Assembly: GCA_029261595.1 (NCBI GenBank)
Contig: JAJDAZ010000036.1
Coordinates: forward strand, 12,852-76,851
Direction: 5' to 3'
DNA: 64,000 nucleotides
DNA from: Nitrospinaceae bacterium
GTDB taxonomy: Bacteria > Nitrospinota > Nitrospinia > Nitrospinales > VA-1
This document shows positions 55,023-64,000 of this stretch, piece by piece. The position numbers and the translations under genes are program-made. The notes beneath the pieces are model-generated. The model was given only the letters and a program-made list of their open reading frames with translations. It was not told where the DNA came from and searched no databases. The first letter of the stretch is position 1. The number at the start of each line of letters is the position of its first letter.

Positions 55023-56529
55023 TTTCGAACCCCCGCCTTATCACCGGCAATCCCGCAATGAAAAATAATAGGATGGGATAAAACGCCAGCATCCCGCGTG
55101 TGTCCGACAGGTTGATCGAATGGCCCGGATGGACCCACACCACATCCCAATAAGCGGACAGTTCAATCCATTTGGGTCCTGAATAAGAGAAAATTAAAAA
55201 ATGCGCCAACGGATAAAAAATCAGAAACCAACCCAGCAATTTCAAAGGTTCAGCCAATTTTTTTAATTTTTCAAAAAATAAATAAATTCCCAAAAACAAA
55301 GTACACAAATAAAACGCATGCACGCTGATCGACCGAATCAAAGTAATCAATAAGGATTTTCCGAGCGATACCGACTGCGGACCACCAACGAGCATCAACC
55401 CAAAATACAAAACAACTGCCAAAGCTCCCATCCCGATCAATCGCGTTTTGTTTAGATGAAAATTCCATTTTAAGTTTATCAGGACCAGGGCCCACATCCC
55501 CATTCCTGCCAAACCTACAGCAAGGACCCTTCTTTCCATAGGCGAGTCAAAACTGGCAAGCGTCAAAAACCACAGGCTTGAAAAGAACAGCAGGGGAACG
55601 GCCAGGCAAAGCAGGATTTTATTTTTTTCCTTTTTGCAGAAGGTGGGGTTGCGATCCAGCACATAAATCAGAATGAGAACGGGGATGGTGCAGTAAAGAA
55701 GAAATTCCAATCGGCTCCAGGCCGCCAAGCCGAATAAGGTTCCGCTTAACAAAGCCCGTGAACAGGAAACGGCGGGCTCCTCCATCGCCTTCTCACTATA
55801 CATATCCTGGATCAGGCAAAACCAGTACAGGACGCCGAGAGAATAAAAAGAACCTGTCGTGAGATCCAGAAAGGGCAAAAAGCTGTGCCACCAGAACAGG
55901 GGCGTGGTCCCAAGGACGAGTGTGAACCAGACAGCGATCTTTTGATTATCTGTGACGGCAACAATCCGGCAATAAAAAATCACCAGCAGGGATAAATAAA
56001 TGAAAGGGAATATTATTTTTACGGAGTCCACACCGAAGGACAACAAATACGCAAACAACAGCGGAACAAAGGGCGGGTACTGGCGGAACTGGGAGACAAC
56101 CGTCTCTGAATCGAAACCTCCTTCATGTAAAAAAACCATTGCCCGAACGTGGTACCAGATTCCATCCGCTTCGGTGATCGGGAAAAAGAATGCGTTGGTC
56201 AAACCGAAGCAGAACAGGACTCCCAGGATAAGAATCATCACCCAAAAGAGGGAAGTTTTTTTTTCTGCGGGAGGGGAATGAGGACGCGAAAAAGGGGGCA
56301 GGCAGCGGCGAAGGCCCACCACAGCGAGCGCGCCCAGACTCACTCCCAGTTGAACCCAGACATTCTCAGTCAATCCTGAGGCCACCAACGCAAAAACTAT
56401 CAGACTCTTTAATCCGAGGGCCAAGGCAAAGGCCAGCGCCGCCTTCTCGCAAACGGACGGGGCCACCTTCAGCATCCCGATCAGCAGGAAGGTTAGAATC
56501 CATAATGCCCCAAAATCAAGGAGAAGCAT
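55015..56529 (-). CDS. polytopic membrane protein, GT-C-like
   Basis: About 13 TM helices. Acidic loop motif PITEADGIWYH after TM3, reminiscent of GT-C enzymes. Family uncertain. Confidence 0.5.
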   Translation of the reverse strand: MLLLDFGALWILTFLLIGMLKVAPSVCEKAALAFALALGLKSLIVFALVASGLTENVWVQLGVSLGALAVVGLRRCLPPFSRPHSPPAEKKTSLFWVMILILGVLFCFGLTNAFFFPITEADGIWYHVRAMVFLHEGGFDSETVVSQFRQYPPFVPLLFAYLLSFGVDSVKIIFPFIYLSLLVIFYCRIVAVTDNQKIAVWFTLVLGTTPLFWWHSFLPFLDLTTGSFYSLGVLYWFCLIQDMYSEKAMEEPAVSCSRALLSGTLFGLAAWSRLEFLLYCTIPVLILIYVLDRNPTFCKKEKNKILLCLAVPLLFFSSLWFLTLASFDSPMERRVLAVGLAGMGMWALVLINLKWNFHLNKTRLIGMGALAVVLYFGLMLVGGPQSVSLGKSLLITLIRSISVHAFYLCTLFLGIYLFFEKLKKLAEPLKLLGWFLIFYPLAHFLIFSYSGPKWIELSAYWDVVWVHPGHSINLSDTRGMLAFYPILLFFIAGLPVIRRGFENE

Positions 56530-56565
56530 CCGGTCTCAAGTTGAGTTTAAAAGGATTCCTGATAT

Positions 56566-57600
56566 TCAAATACCAGACAACGGCTGTTCCTTCGCATCCA
56601 GCACTTCGCGAAACGCGTCCTGCGCTTCCCTCTGCAATTGCGCTTCACACCCTTTGTGCTTTGGCGAATAATGAAAGGTCTCAAGGTGTTTGACCCCGGC
56701 CTCGCCCGCCAGCAGACCGGCCTGTCGGGAAGTCAGGTGCCGCCTTTCCGCGCCGCGCTCTGCTTCCTCCGCGAGAAAAGGCGATTCACAGAAAAAAATA
56801 TCCGCCTCGGAAATAAGATCTACGATCCGGGTTTTGTTGGCCTCGTTGTAAACCGTGTCGGTCACATAAGCGATCTTTTGGCCGGGAGACATAAAAATCA
56901 AATCCTCTTTCAACGGCCCGAGAGCCATCTCTTTGACCTCTTTCCCGCCATTGACCGGGATGCGAATCGGAAAATCATCCGGCTTGCCTTCAAAAATAAA
57001 TTGCTTCAACTCATTCAACCAGGAGCCGCTGGAAAATTCCGAAGCTTCCAGCCGGTCTTTTCTGACGTTGACGTGAAACGATTCCTTCACCGCAAACCCC
57101 AGACAGGGAACGCGATGCTCCAGGATGGCCGTCCGCACTGAGAACGAAGGCTCTTCAAGCAGAAGTCCATCGACAAAAGGTTCCCGGCTCTCATCGGACC
57201 GCTTAAACCGGTCAATGGCCCGAAACCGCGCCCGGAGCAAATGATCCTCGCGGACCTCCACGACCTCCAGACAAATTGATTCGGCGTACTTATCGACCAG
57301 ATTCCAGGTGAACCCGGCCAACTTCCCTTCCACATTGGCAATAAAATTTTCAGGCCCATACAGGCGTATAATTTTACCCCGGCCAAAAACGATGCGTAGT
57401 AAATGGTCGAAGCCGATAAAATGGTCGATGTGCGTGTGGCTGACGAAAACATCGGTGACCTTGAGCAGAGTGCCGTTGGGAATAGCGGAGATGTCCCCAA
57501 GGTCGAACAGGAGTGCGCGTTTCTCATAAAGAAACTCCACCTGAAGACCGGGGTCGCCATACACATCGTTGGTCAATCGGGGGTGTAAGATCGGTTTCAT
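56566..57600 (-). CDS. metallo-beta-lactamase-fold hydrolase (RNase Z/ElaC-like)
   Basis: VSHTHIDHFIGF motif plus downstream His/Asp positions. Confidence 0.75.
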   Translation of the reverse strand: MKPILHPRLTNDVYGDPGLQVEFLYEKRALLFDLGDISAIPNGTLLKVTDVFVSHTHIDHFIGFDHLLRIVFGRGKIIRLYGPENFIANVEGKLAGFTWNLVDKYAESICLEVVEVREDHLLRARFRAIDRFKRSDESREPFVDGLLLEEPSFSVRTAILEHRVPCLGFAVKESFHVNVRKDRLEASEFSSGSWLNELKQFIFEGKPDDFPIRIPVNGGKEVKEMALGPLKEDLIFMSPGQKIAYVTDTVYNEANKTRIVDLISEADIFFCESPFLAEEAERGAERRHLTSRQAGLLAGEAGVKHLETFHYSPKHKGCEAQLQREAQDAFREVLDAKEQPLSGI

Positions 57601-57604
57601 TTAC

Positions 57605-58718
57605 CTATTCCCCGACGCTCTGTATCTTGCTCTGCATCAAAAACGCTTCGATGAAAGACCCAAGATCGCCGTCTAAGACCGCATCCACATTGCCCATTTC
57701 GACGTTGGTTCTAAGGTCCTTGGCCATGCGATACGGGTGCAGGACGTAGGAGCGGATCTGACTGCCCCATTCGATTTTCTTCTTTTGTTTCTCAAGCGAG
57801 CGTTTTTCCTCGTCCTGCTTTTCCATTTCGAACTCATAAAGCCTGGACTTCAATACCTTCAGGGCCGACGCCTTATTCTTGAACTGCGAGCGTTCATTCT
57901 GGCATTGCACGGTAATCCCTGACGGCGCGTGGGTCAGGCGAACCGCCGAATCGGTGGTGTTGACGCCCTGCCCGCCCGGTCCCGAGGCCCGGTAAACATC
58001 GATCTTGAGATCCTCCTCCTTGATTTCGATATCGATCTCATCCTCGACTTCCGGATAAACAAATACCGAGGCAAACGAGGTGTGGCGGCGTTTATTGGAA
58101 TCGAACGGAGAAATGCGCACCAGTCGATGCACACCGATCTCGGCTTTCAGATAACCATAGGCATAGTCCCCGGAGAAATTAACCGTGGCGCTTTTGATCC
58201 CCGCTTCCTCTCCGTATTGCATGTCCAGAATTTCAGCTTTATATCCGTGGCGTTCGGCCCAGCGGGTGTACATCCTGAGAAGCATTTGCGCCCAATCCTG
58301 GGACTCCGTTCCGCCGGCGCCGGAGTTGATGGTCATGATGGCATTGTTGAAATCGTTGTCCTCGGACAACATCGCCTTCAATTCCGCCTGCTGGACCTTT
58401 TCCTTAAGCGCGGTCTCGGTGGATTCGACTTCCGCAGCCAAGGATTCATCCTCTTCCTCCTCTGCCAGTTCGATCAACGCGCCCAGATCTTCACACTCTT
58501 TATTGAGATCATTCCAAGCGGTCACCGTCCTCTGCAATTGCGATCGCTTTTGCTGGATCTTTTGCGCCGTTTCGTTATCGTTCCAAAACCCCGGCTCGGC
58601 CACTTTTTCGTCCAGGGTTTCTATCTCCTTTATATTATTATCAACGTCAAAGATACCCCCTCAAAAGATCGATCTTCCGGCGGGAATCCTCGCATCCTTT
58701 TTTTAAATCATCCAGCAT
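57605..58718 (-). CDS. prfB: peptide chain release factor 2, expressed through a programmed +1 frameshift
   Basis: Frame 0: ATG 58718 (SD aaggag) MLDDLKKGCEDSRRKIDLLRGYL then TGA (58649-58647). The +1 frame continues DVDNNIKEIETLDEKVAEPGFWND... into ORF 57605-58603. SPF (RISPFD) and GGQ (SGPGGQ) motifs present. Confidence 0.9.
58646..58663 (-). promoter_or_regulatory. prfB +1 frameshift signal
   Basis: Minus strand AGGGGGTATCTTTGAC: an internal SD-like AGGGGG followed by the slippery CTT-TGA-C. As I recall it, this is identical to the E. coli site. Confidence 0.85.
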
Positions 58719-58882
58719 CAAAAAACTCCTTGTTTAATAAACCCAAACGGTCAAACCATTTTCTCCAATTACCTTCAGGAATGCAATAGCGCCGATCCAT
58801 GATAAGGTATCGAAAAATTGGGTCGAATCTGATGATTAATTCTGTAAAATAACCCAAACTCCTGATCCTTTAGGACAGCCTT

Positions 58883-59851
58883 TTGACGACGAACCCGCCG
58901 CCCTTCCAGTTTTCCCATGCTCCGACCCTGGACCTGTCCATCGTCATCGTCAATTTCAACACGCGGGACATCGTCCTCGACTGCTTGAGGTCGGTTCATG
59001 CCCACACCAAAGGGATATCCTTCGAAACCCTGGTGGTGGACAATCATTCCGGCGACGGCAGTCAGCAGGCCATTAAAGAAACCTTCCCAAAAGTCCCGCT
59101 CATTGAAAACCCGGACAACCGGGGGTTTTCAGCGGCCAATAACCAGGCCCTTCGAATTTCCCGTGGAAGATACACCGTTTTACTGAACAGCGATACCCTT
59201 TTGACGGAAAACTGTTTTGCCAAAATCGTCCGCTACCTCGACGATCATCCTGAATTTGCAATTTTGAGCCCGCAAATTCTCGATCCTGAAAACGAGCCCT
59301 ACCCCATGCGGCTGTGGCAGGACACCGCCTTAGATGCCGCATTAAAAATACTCGGCCAATACGATCCTACCAATGAATTTAATAAAATGGGCGTCAGGGA
59401 ACCCAAAGAAGTGGAAACCGTCGGCGGCTCCTGCTTTGTCATCCAGAGACAGCTTTTTGAATCCATCGGCCTGTTCGACGAAAACTATTTTTTATACAAC
59501 GAAGAAGACGATTTCTGCCGCCGCGCCCGCAGTCTCGGCCATAAAATCTGCTATTACCCGGAAACCAGCGTCAAACATCTCTTGGGCCAAAGCACCCATC
59601 AACCGGAAATAAGGGAAAAAGTGATCCTGGAAACCTATAAGAGCAACCTGTATTTCTATGGCAAATATTACTCATTTTCATGGAACCTCATTTTACGTTC
59701 CCTGTACCGTCTGACTTTCGTTGCGGGAATTTTTAGATCGCTGTGGAAAAAAATGACCGGCCAATCCTCTCTGGGAGTTGAAGATTCCATTTTTCTAAAG
59801 TGGAAACTCCTGTCCATGAAAACGCCCGCTTCAGGCAAGCTTAATGAATAA
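58883..59851 (+). CDS. family 2 glycosyltransferase (rhamnosyltransferase-like)
   Basis: IVIVNFNTRD, VVDNHSGDGS, LLNSDT, NEEDDFCRR motifs. TTG start in the track. Confidence 0.85.
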   Translation: MTTNPPPFQFSHAPTLDLSIVIVNFNTRDIVLDCLRSVHAHTKGISFETLVVDNHSGDGSQQAIKETFPKVPLIENPDNRGFSAANNQALRISRGRYTVLLNSDTLLTENCFAKIVRYLDDHPEFAILSPQILDPENEPYPMRLWQDTALDAALKILGQYDPTNEFNKMGVREPKEVETVGGSCFVIQRQLFESIGLFDENYFLYNEEDDFCRRARSLGHKICYYPETSVKHLLGQSTHQPEIREKVILETYKSNLYFYGKYYSFSWNLILRSLYRLTFVAGIFRSLWKKMTGQSSLGVEDSIFLKWKLLSMKTPASGKLNE

Positions 59852-60074
59852 AACGATTCATACCTCCCTCCAGTTAATTAAAGCCATAGATGCCCACATA
59901 CAAACAATATTGAAGGCTTTAACCACAAATTTGACTTTTTAGTGTAAATGTAATACACAAATAATGCCAAATAGGAATTTCTCCTCATTTACAAGCTAAT
60001 TAATAGATAAAAAGAATAAATCATTCTCAAAATAATGACTTAAGTCTTTTTATCGCTACAGCTACTCTTCAACG

Positions 60075-61646
60075 GTGATGACGACGAAAAAAGCGACTCT
60101 GTTTACAGTGTGTTTTTGTATTCTTGGAATTTCAGATGCCTTTGCGGGAGGATTGGGATCAGACACAATAGAAGAATTGCCCGTTTTCAGGAATTATGTT
60201 TCACACGAAGCCCTTGTCAAAGATGTGTGTAAGCATGATGGTGAAGGTGTGTCTATAAACGGTCACGACCTTACTATCTTGAATCAGTCTCCGAATGTAG
60301 ATGGCATGACAGCTTTCGAAGGGCACCTCAGCAAGAATCTGGCAGAAAGTGATCTGCGCCAATTGCGCAGGGATGTATGCCAGGAAGATAAGATTGAAAA
60401 AAATAGAAAAGCGCGGCAGAAAAGAATTAATGATGCGCTGGCAAAAGTTGGTATTTTGGTTGTCAATAAAGTTCCGCCAGGTAAGCCGCCTTTTGGTAAA
60501 CTTCCGAAGGATTTTGGGGACACTTCCTCTGACTGGGGTTTAATTGAGTTGGATCAGCCTCCTGCTGGTGATAAAAATGTGTTTTTTTCGGGCTGGGATG
60601 TATTCGATGGCATTCAGGAACAGACAGTCCAAACAGGAAAGCCCCCTGCAGAACTGGGTGGATCCAAGGGAAAAGTTGCCAATATAGTGACTAAAACGGG
60701 CATATTCGGGTTCGGCGGATTTCAGCAGGGAGCCGAACTTCCTGCCGGTGCGGTGAACTTTGCACCTCTTAATAACAATCCGAACGCGACGTTTAACAAA
60801 AATGATACTGGCACTAATGTGTATGGCGGTGGATTCAGATTAAATTTTCAAAAACTTGAACTTGAAATTTACGGAGACACAGGTAGTTCCAATTCCACCC
60901 AAATCGTTACTTCTCCAGGCTTCATCCCTTCACCGGACGGGAACCTTGCTGGGGCCGCTGGACTGAGCGGTGCCACAACCTATTTTCTCGATACCGATAC
61001 CACCAGTGCTGGCTTTAAGGCTGGGTACGAATTTTTCCAACTTGAAAGTACCAAAGGCGAAAAAATCTTCTCAGCGAGCGCCTTCGGGGGATATCAATTC
61101 AACAGTCGGGATCACAAACTGACTATTACCGATTCGTTTACGACTCCGAACGTAAACAAGATTGAATATGATATGGATACGCATAACATTGACTTCGGCG
61201 GGGATGTAAAAGTATCCCCGTTTGGGGAAAATAATCGCTTCCTCAACCCATGGGTCAGCATTTCCGGGGGCGGGTCCATTTGGATTGCTGACTTGGAAAC
61301 CGACTTCCTTCTGAGGGGCGCAACCACCACGCAAGGGACCGTCAAAGATAACAGCGTACAAGTCGGCCCTTTTTATGGCGTCGAAGTCGGCAATAAAACC
61401 CCATTGAACGATTTTGTTTCTCTGGAGATAGGAGGTTTTTTCACAGGAAGGACGGCCGCCAGCATCAAACCCGCAGACCAATCGGGCCGAACGGACGAAA
61501 TCAGCCAGGAAATGGTCCATGGTTATGGCGGTTTTGTGGATCTTAAAATTGCAGTTGGAAAAAGACTCGGAAAGAAAGGGCTTGGATCTCAAGAGCCCGG
61601 ACTTAAAGAATATGATGATTTTTATAAGTCACAAGATGGAAATTGA
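60075..61646 (+). CDS. hypothetical secreted protein, possibly outer-membrane associated
   Basis: Signal peptide MMTTKKATLFTVCFCILGISDAFAG. The G/T/N/F-rich C-terminal half has alternating beta-strand-like patterns. No known motif. Confidence 0.5.
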   Translation: MMTTKKATLFTVCFCILGISDAFAGGLGSDTIEELPVFRNYVSHEALVKDVCKHDGEGVSINGHDLTILNQSPNVDGMTAFEGHLSKNLAESDLRQLRRDVCQEDKIEKNRKARQKRINDALAKVGILVVNKVPPGKPPFGKLPKDFGDTSSDWGLIELDQPPAGDKNVFFSGWDVFDGIQEQTVQTGKPPAELGGSKGKVANIVTKTGIFGFGGFQQGAELPAGAVNFAPLNNNPNATFNKNDTGTNVYGGGFRLNFQKLELEIYGDTGSSNSTQIVTSPGFIPSPDGNLAGAAGLSGATTYFLDTDTTSAGFKAGYEFFQLESTKGEKIFSASAFGGYQFNSRDHKLTITDSFTTPNVNKIEYDMDTHNIDFGGDVKVSPFGENNRFLNPWVSISGGGSIWIADLETDFLLRGATTTQGTVKDNSVQVGPFYGVEVGNKTPLNDFVSLEIGGFFTGRTAASIKPADQSGRTDEISQEMVHGYGGFVDLKIAVGKRLGKKGLGSQEPGLKEYDDFYKSQDGN

Positions 61647-62033
61647 TTGAAGGTAATTATTTCAAGCAAGGTTTAACCTCACCGCTTAAAAAAGCCCCAT
61701 AAGTCCTATGGAACCTCCTCCCCTTCTGCCCAAAAATCAAGACATTTGCAAAAAAACATATCCCGTTGGTAACAGAAATATCGCCAAGAAACCTTCCCTT
61801 CTACTTTTTAAGATTTTCTTTGTTTCCCTGATGCCGTCACTCGGTGAATATTACGGTGAGAAATTTTTCTTTATTCATTTGTGGTTCCCATTTATTTATT
61901 GAAATTCACACCGCTCTTTTCCCTCAAGCAAAACTCAATATCTGCCGATTGGTAAAGAACGGATTAGTAGGCCGTGAGTTTCATGGCGAGGATTTAATTC
62001 CGGGCCCTGTATGTAAAGTTCGTCTCCAATTTT

Positions 62034-64000
62034 ATGCCAATGGACCTGCAACAAACCACATTCCTTATCCTCATCGCCTTGACGGGGATACTGTCCCGCC
62101 GCCCCTTTTTGCGCTTTCCTCTGGACGACGATTTTTCCATCTATACCTACAGAGCCCGGTTCGCCAACAAAGGATTCCAATGGAAAAAGGATCTGCAAAT
62201 CATCGGCATTCCCATCTGGCGGATGCTCCTGATGGACAAACTCTATGGCAATTCCAAAGGGGGCGTGCAAAGAATCCGCCACCTGCAAACGGTTTTCCAT
62301 GTCGCAGGGTCGATGGCCGTCTTCTTCGCGGTATTGATAATAACGGCTAATCCCTGGGCGGCCTTTGCCGGCGGTCTCCTGCATGCTTTCTATGGAACCT
62401 CGCCGGACCTCACCGCAGGTTCCTTCAACCACGAACAGTTTTATATTCCCTGCATCCTGCTGGGCTTTGCCCTATTAACAGCGGGCCCGGAATTTGTATT
62501 ATACGCCGGGCTCTGTTTTGGCCTCGCGACGATTCCCAAATTCACCACGGGTCTTTATCCTGCGGTCCTGTCCCTGGTGGTGGGATATCAATTTGGGTTG
62601 GGGGCGATGACGGGTTTCGTCCTCGCGACCTCTGCTCCGATTATCCTTTCCAATCTGGTCGAATATCTAATGGGTTTCTGGGATGAAACGTCCCGCAGGC
62701 AAATGCAAACCCGCATGGCCACCACGTTGCGCCTGAGCCAGACCAAAGCCATGTACTTCAGCAGGTTCGGCGAGATTCGCAATTTGATAAAGCAAACCCT
62801 GCCGCTCTGGATCGCAGGTATTTCCGGTCTGGGCTTGTCTTTTTCCGGGGACCACGGCATCTGGTTGGGCACCTTTACCGCCGTCACCCTGGCCATGATC
62901 GTTTGCCAACGCGCGTTCTCCCGTTACCATTACCTGCCGTGGCTGGTATGGCTGGCGCTGGGGAGCGGCCTGGCGGTCGATTTTGTTTTACAGCAGGATG
63001 CCACCGTTCAAATCTTTTTTCTCCTGATTTTCCTCATTTGTGCAATCTGGAACATCAAAAACCTTCTGCCTTTCTATCAGCGACCAACGGATATTAATAC
63101 TCTGGCGCAATACGAAAAATTCGATCAATACATTTATCTGCCCTACCTGGGAAAACTAATGCAACGCCTGACACGGATGCGGGGCGAAAGGGATGCCAGA
63201 ATTTTTGTTTGGGGGACCTTTTCCCAGCTCTACCATTTGGCAGAACTGCCCGCCGCGGACAATTACCTGCATCATACCATCGGCCCCTGGGACACACCGG
63301 CGCTGGAAGGGTTTTACGACGGCGTGATCGGCGGATTGATCCGTCACAAACCGGCTTATCTGATCAAAACCTTTTCCGATCTCGACGTGGACTTTCTGGA
63401 GAAGATGACCGGATTACGTTACCAGCTGATGAAAGTCGTCCTGGCGCGGTTTCCGGTTTACCGGCTGGTGGGGTTCTCCTCAGTGGCCGAGGACCCTCTC
63501 GCTCTGCCCTGGCAGATAAAAATGCAGCACATGCAAACTCTGACCACGGCGGATTGGCATGCCCCTTCCATCGACAAGACCGATTTTCAACGGGGCAGGA
63601 TTATCACGGCTTTCAGGGAATGCCGGAAACTGACCCGGTTGAATCCGCAGGACTCCCTGGGTTTGATCTTCCTGGGAGAAATTTACGGTCATCTGGGTCA
63701 ACCGGAAAATTCCGTTGAGGCCTTTGAAAACGCCCTCAAGGAAAACCCACAGCACTCGCATGTGCGCCTCCTGCTGGCCAAACAAAAAATCAAGGTCGGT
63801 CTGATGGTCCAGGCCGAAGGTTTGATTTTTGAAGAGACTCTGCGTTTCGGTCATAACGATGAAGCCCTATTTTTGAACGCCTTGATTCATCAACAGCAAA
63901 ACCAGCACCAGCAGGCGATGCAAGAGTTCGAGCGATTCCGGACGCAGTACCCTGAACGACACGATTGCTGGCTCGCATTGATGGGTTCCCTGACGGCTCT
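62034..64000 (+). CDS. polytopic membrane protein with C-terminal TPR repeats (GT-C-like); 3' end lies outside the window
   Basis: Open reading frame from ATG 62034/62040 to the window edge with no stop, which is why it is absent from the ORF track. About 9 TM helices, then a soluble domain and TPR-like units (..LGLIFLGEIYGHLGQPENSVEAFENALKENPQHS..). Confidence 0.7.
   Translation, partial: MPMDLQQTTFLILIALTGILSRRPFLRFPLDDDFSIYTYRARFANKGFQWKKDLQIIGIPIWRMLLMDKLYGNSKGGVQRIRHLQTVFHVAGSMAVFFAVLIITANPWAAFAGGLLHAFYGTSPDLTAGSFNHEQFYIPCILLGFALLTAGPEFVLYAGLCFGLATIPKFTTGLYPAVLSLVVGYQFGLGAMTGFVLATSAPIILSNLVEYLMGFWDETSRRQMQTRMATTLRLSQTKAMYFSRFGEIRNLIKQTLPLWIAGISGLGLSFSGDHGIWLGTFTAVTLAMIVCQRAFSRYHYLPWLVWLALGSGLAVDFVLQQDATVQIFFLLIFLICAIWNIKNLLPFYQRPTDINTLAQYEKFDQYIYLPYLGKLMQRLTRMRGERDARIFVWGTFSQLYHLAELPAADNYLHHTIGPWDTPALEGFYDGVIGGLIRHKPAYLIKTFSDLDVDFLEKMTGLRYQLMKVVLARFPVYRLVGFSSVAEDPLALPWQIKMQHMQTLTTADWHAPSIDKTDFQRGRIITAFRECRKLTRLNPQDSLGLIFLGEIYGHLGQPENSVEAFENALKENPQHSHVRLLLAKQKIKVGLMVQAEGLIFEETLRFGHNDEALFLNALIHQQQNQHQQAMQEFERFRTQYPERHDCWLALMGSLTA

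Noticed and set aside
57929-58789. 286-aa plus-strand ORF
   Set aside because: Antisense to prfB, whose identity (SPF, GGQ, frameshift cassette) is unambiguous.
61844-62432. ORFs 61844-62350 (+) and 61935-62432 (-), and further short ORFs up to 63978
   Set aside because: They overlap the long open-ended membrane/TPR reading frame (62034->64000), which has far better coding character.

Overview
64-kb chromosomal segment of a diderm bacterium, roughly 50% GC and densely coding (about 60 genes). By eye I found no rRNA, tRNA, CRISPR array, transposase, integrase or phage genes. Content from left to right: (1) a secreted protein made of 11-residue repeats, followed by an ECF sigma operon (sigma, membrane anti-sigma-like protein, small secreted protein, DUF3106); (2) two-component genes, including a decayed hybrid histidine kinase; (3) periplasmic redox genes (dihaem cytochrome c fused to an EB_dh-type haem domain, a class I cytochrome c, copper nitrite reductase NirK) and molybdenum cofactor genes (mobB-mobA fusion, moeA); (4) a sigma-54 activator with a four-Cys PAS domain next to nirK, which carries a near-consensus -24/-12 promoter; (5) folding catalysts (two cyclophilins, a SurA-like parvulin); (6) a KamA-family radical SAM gene paired with a Cys-less DJ-1/PfpI-like gene; (7) a very large envelope glycosylation repertoire (4 GT2, 2 GT4, several GT-C-like polytopic proteins, two TMTC-like DUF1736+TPR proteins, methyltransferase, epimerases, DUF2304, flippase-like protein); (8) prfB with its programmed +1 frameshift. 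Four things are absent from the ORF track: the prfB N-terminal exon, an open-ended membrane/TPR ORF running off the right edge (62034->64000), two small membrane ORFs, and several regulatory RNA and promoter signals. The most interesting candidates are the sigma-54/Cys-PAS/nirK module, a riboswitch-like leader ending in a terminator that abuts the FMN reductase SD, and the polyprenyl-phosphate-sugar/GT-C glycosylation system that lacks classical polysaccharide export genes. The gene content is reminiscent of Nitrospinota/Nitrospirota-like or deltaproteobacterial lineages, but taxonomy cannot be established from the sequence alone. All domain calls are motif recognition by eye, not database searches.
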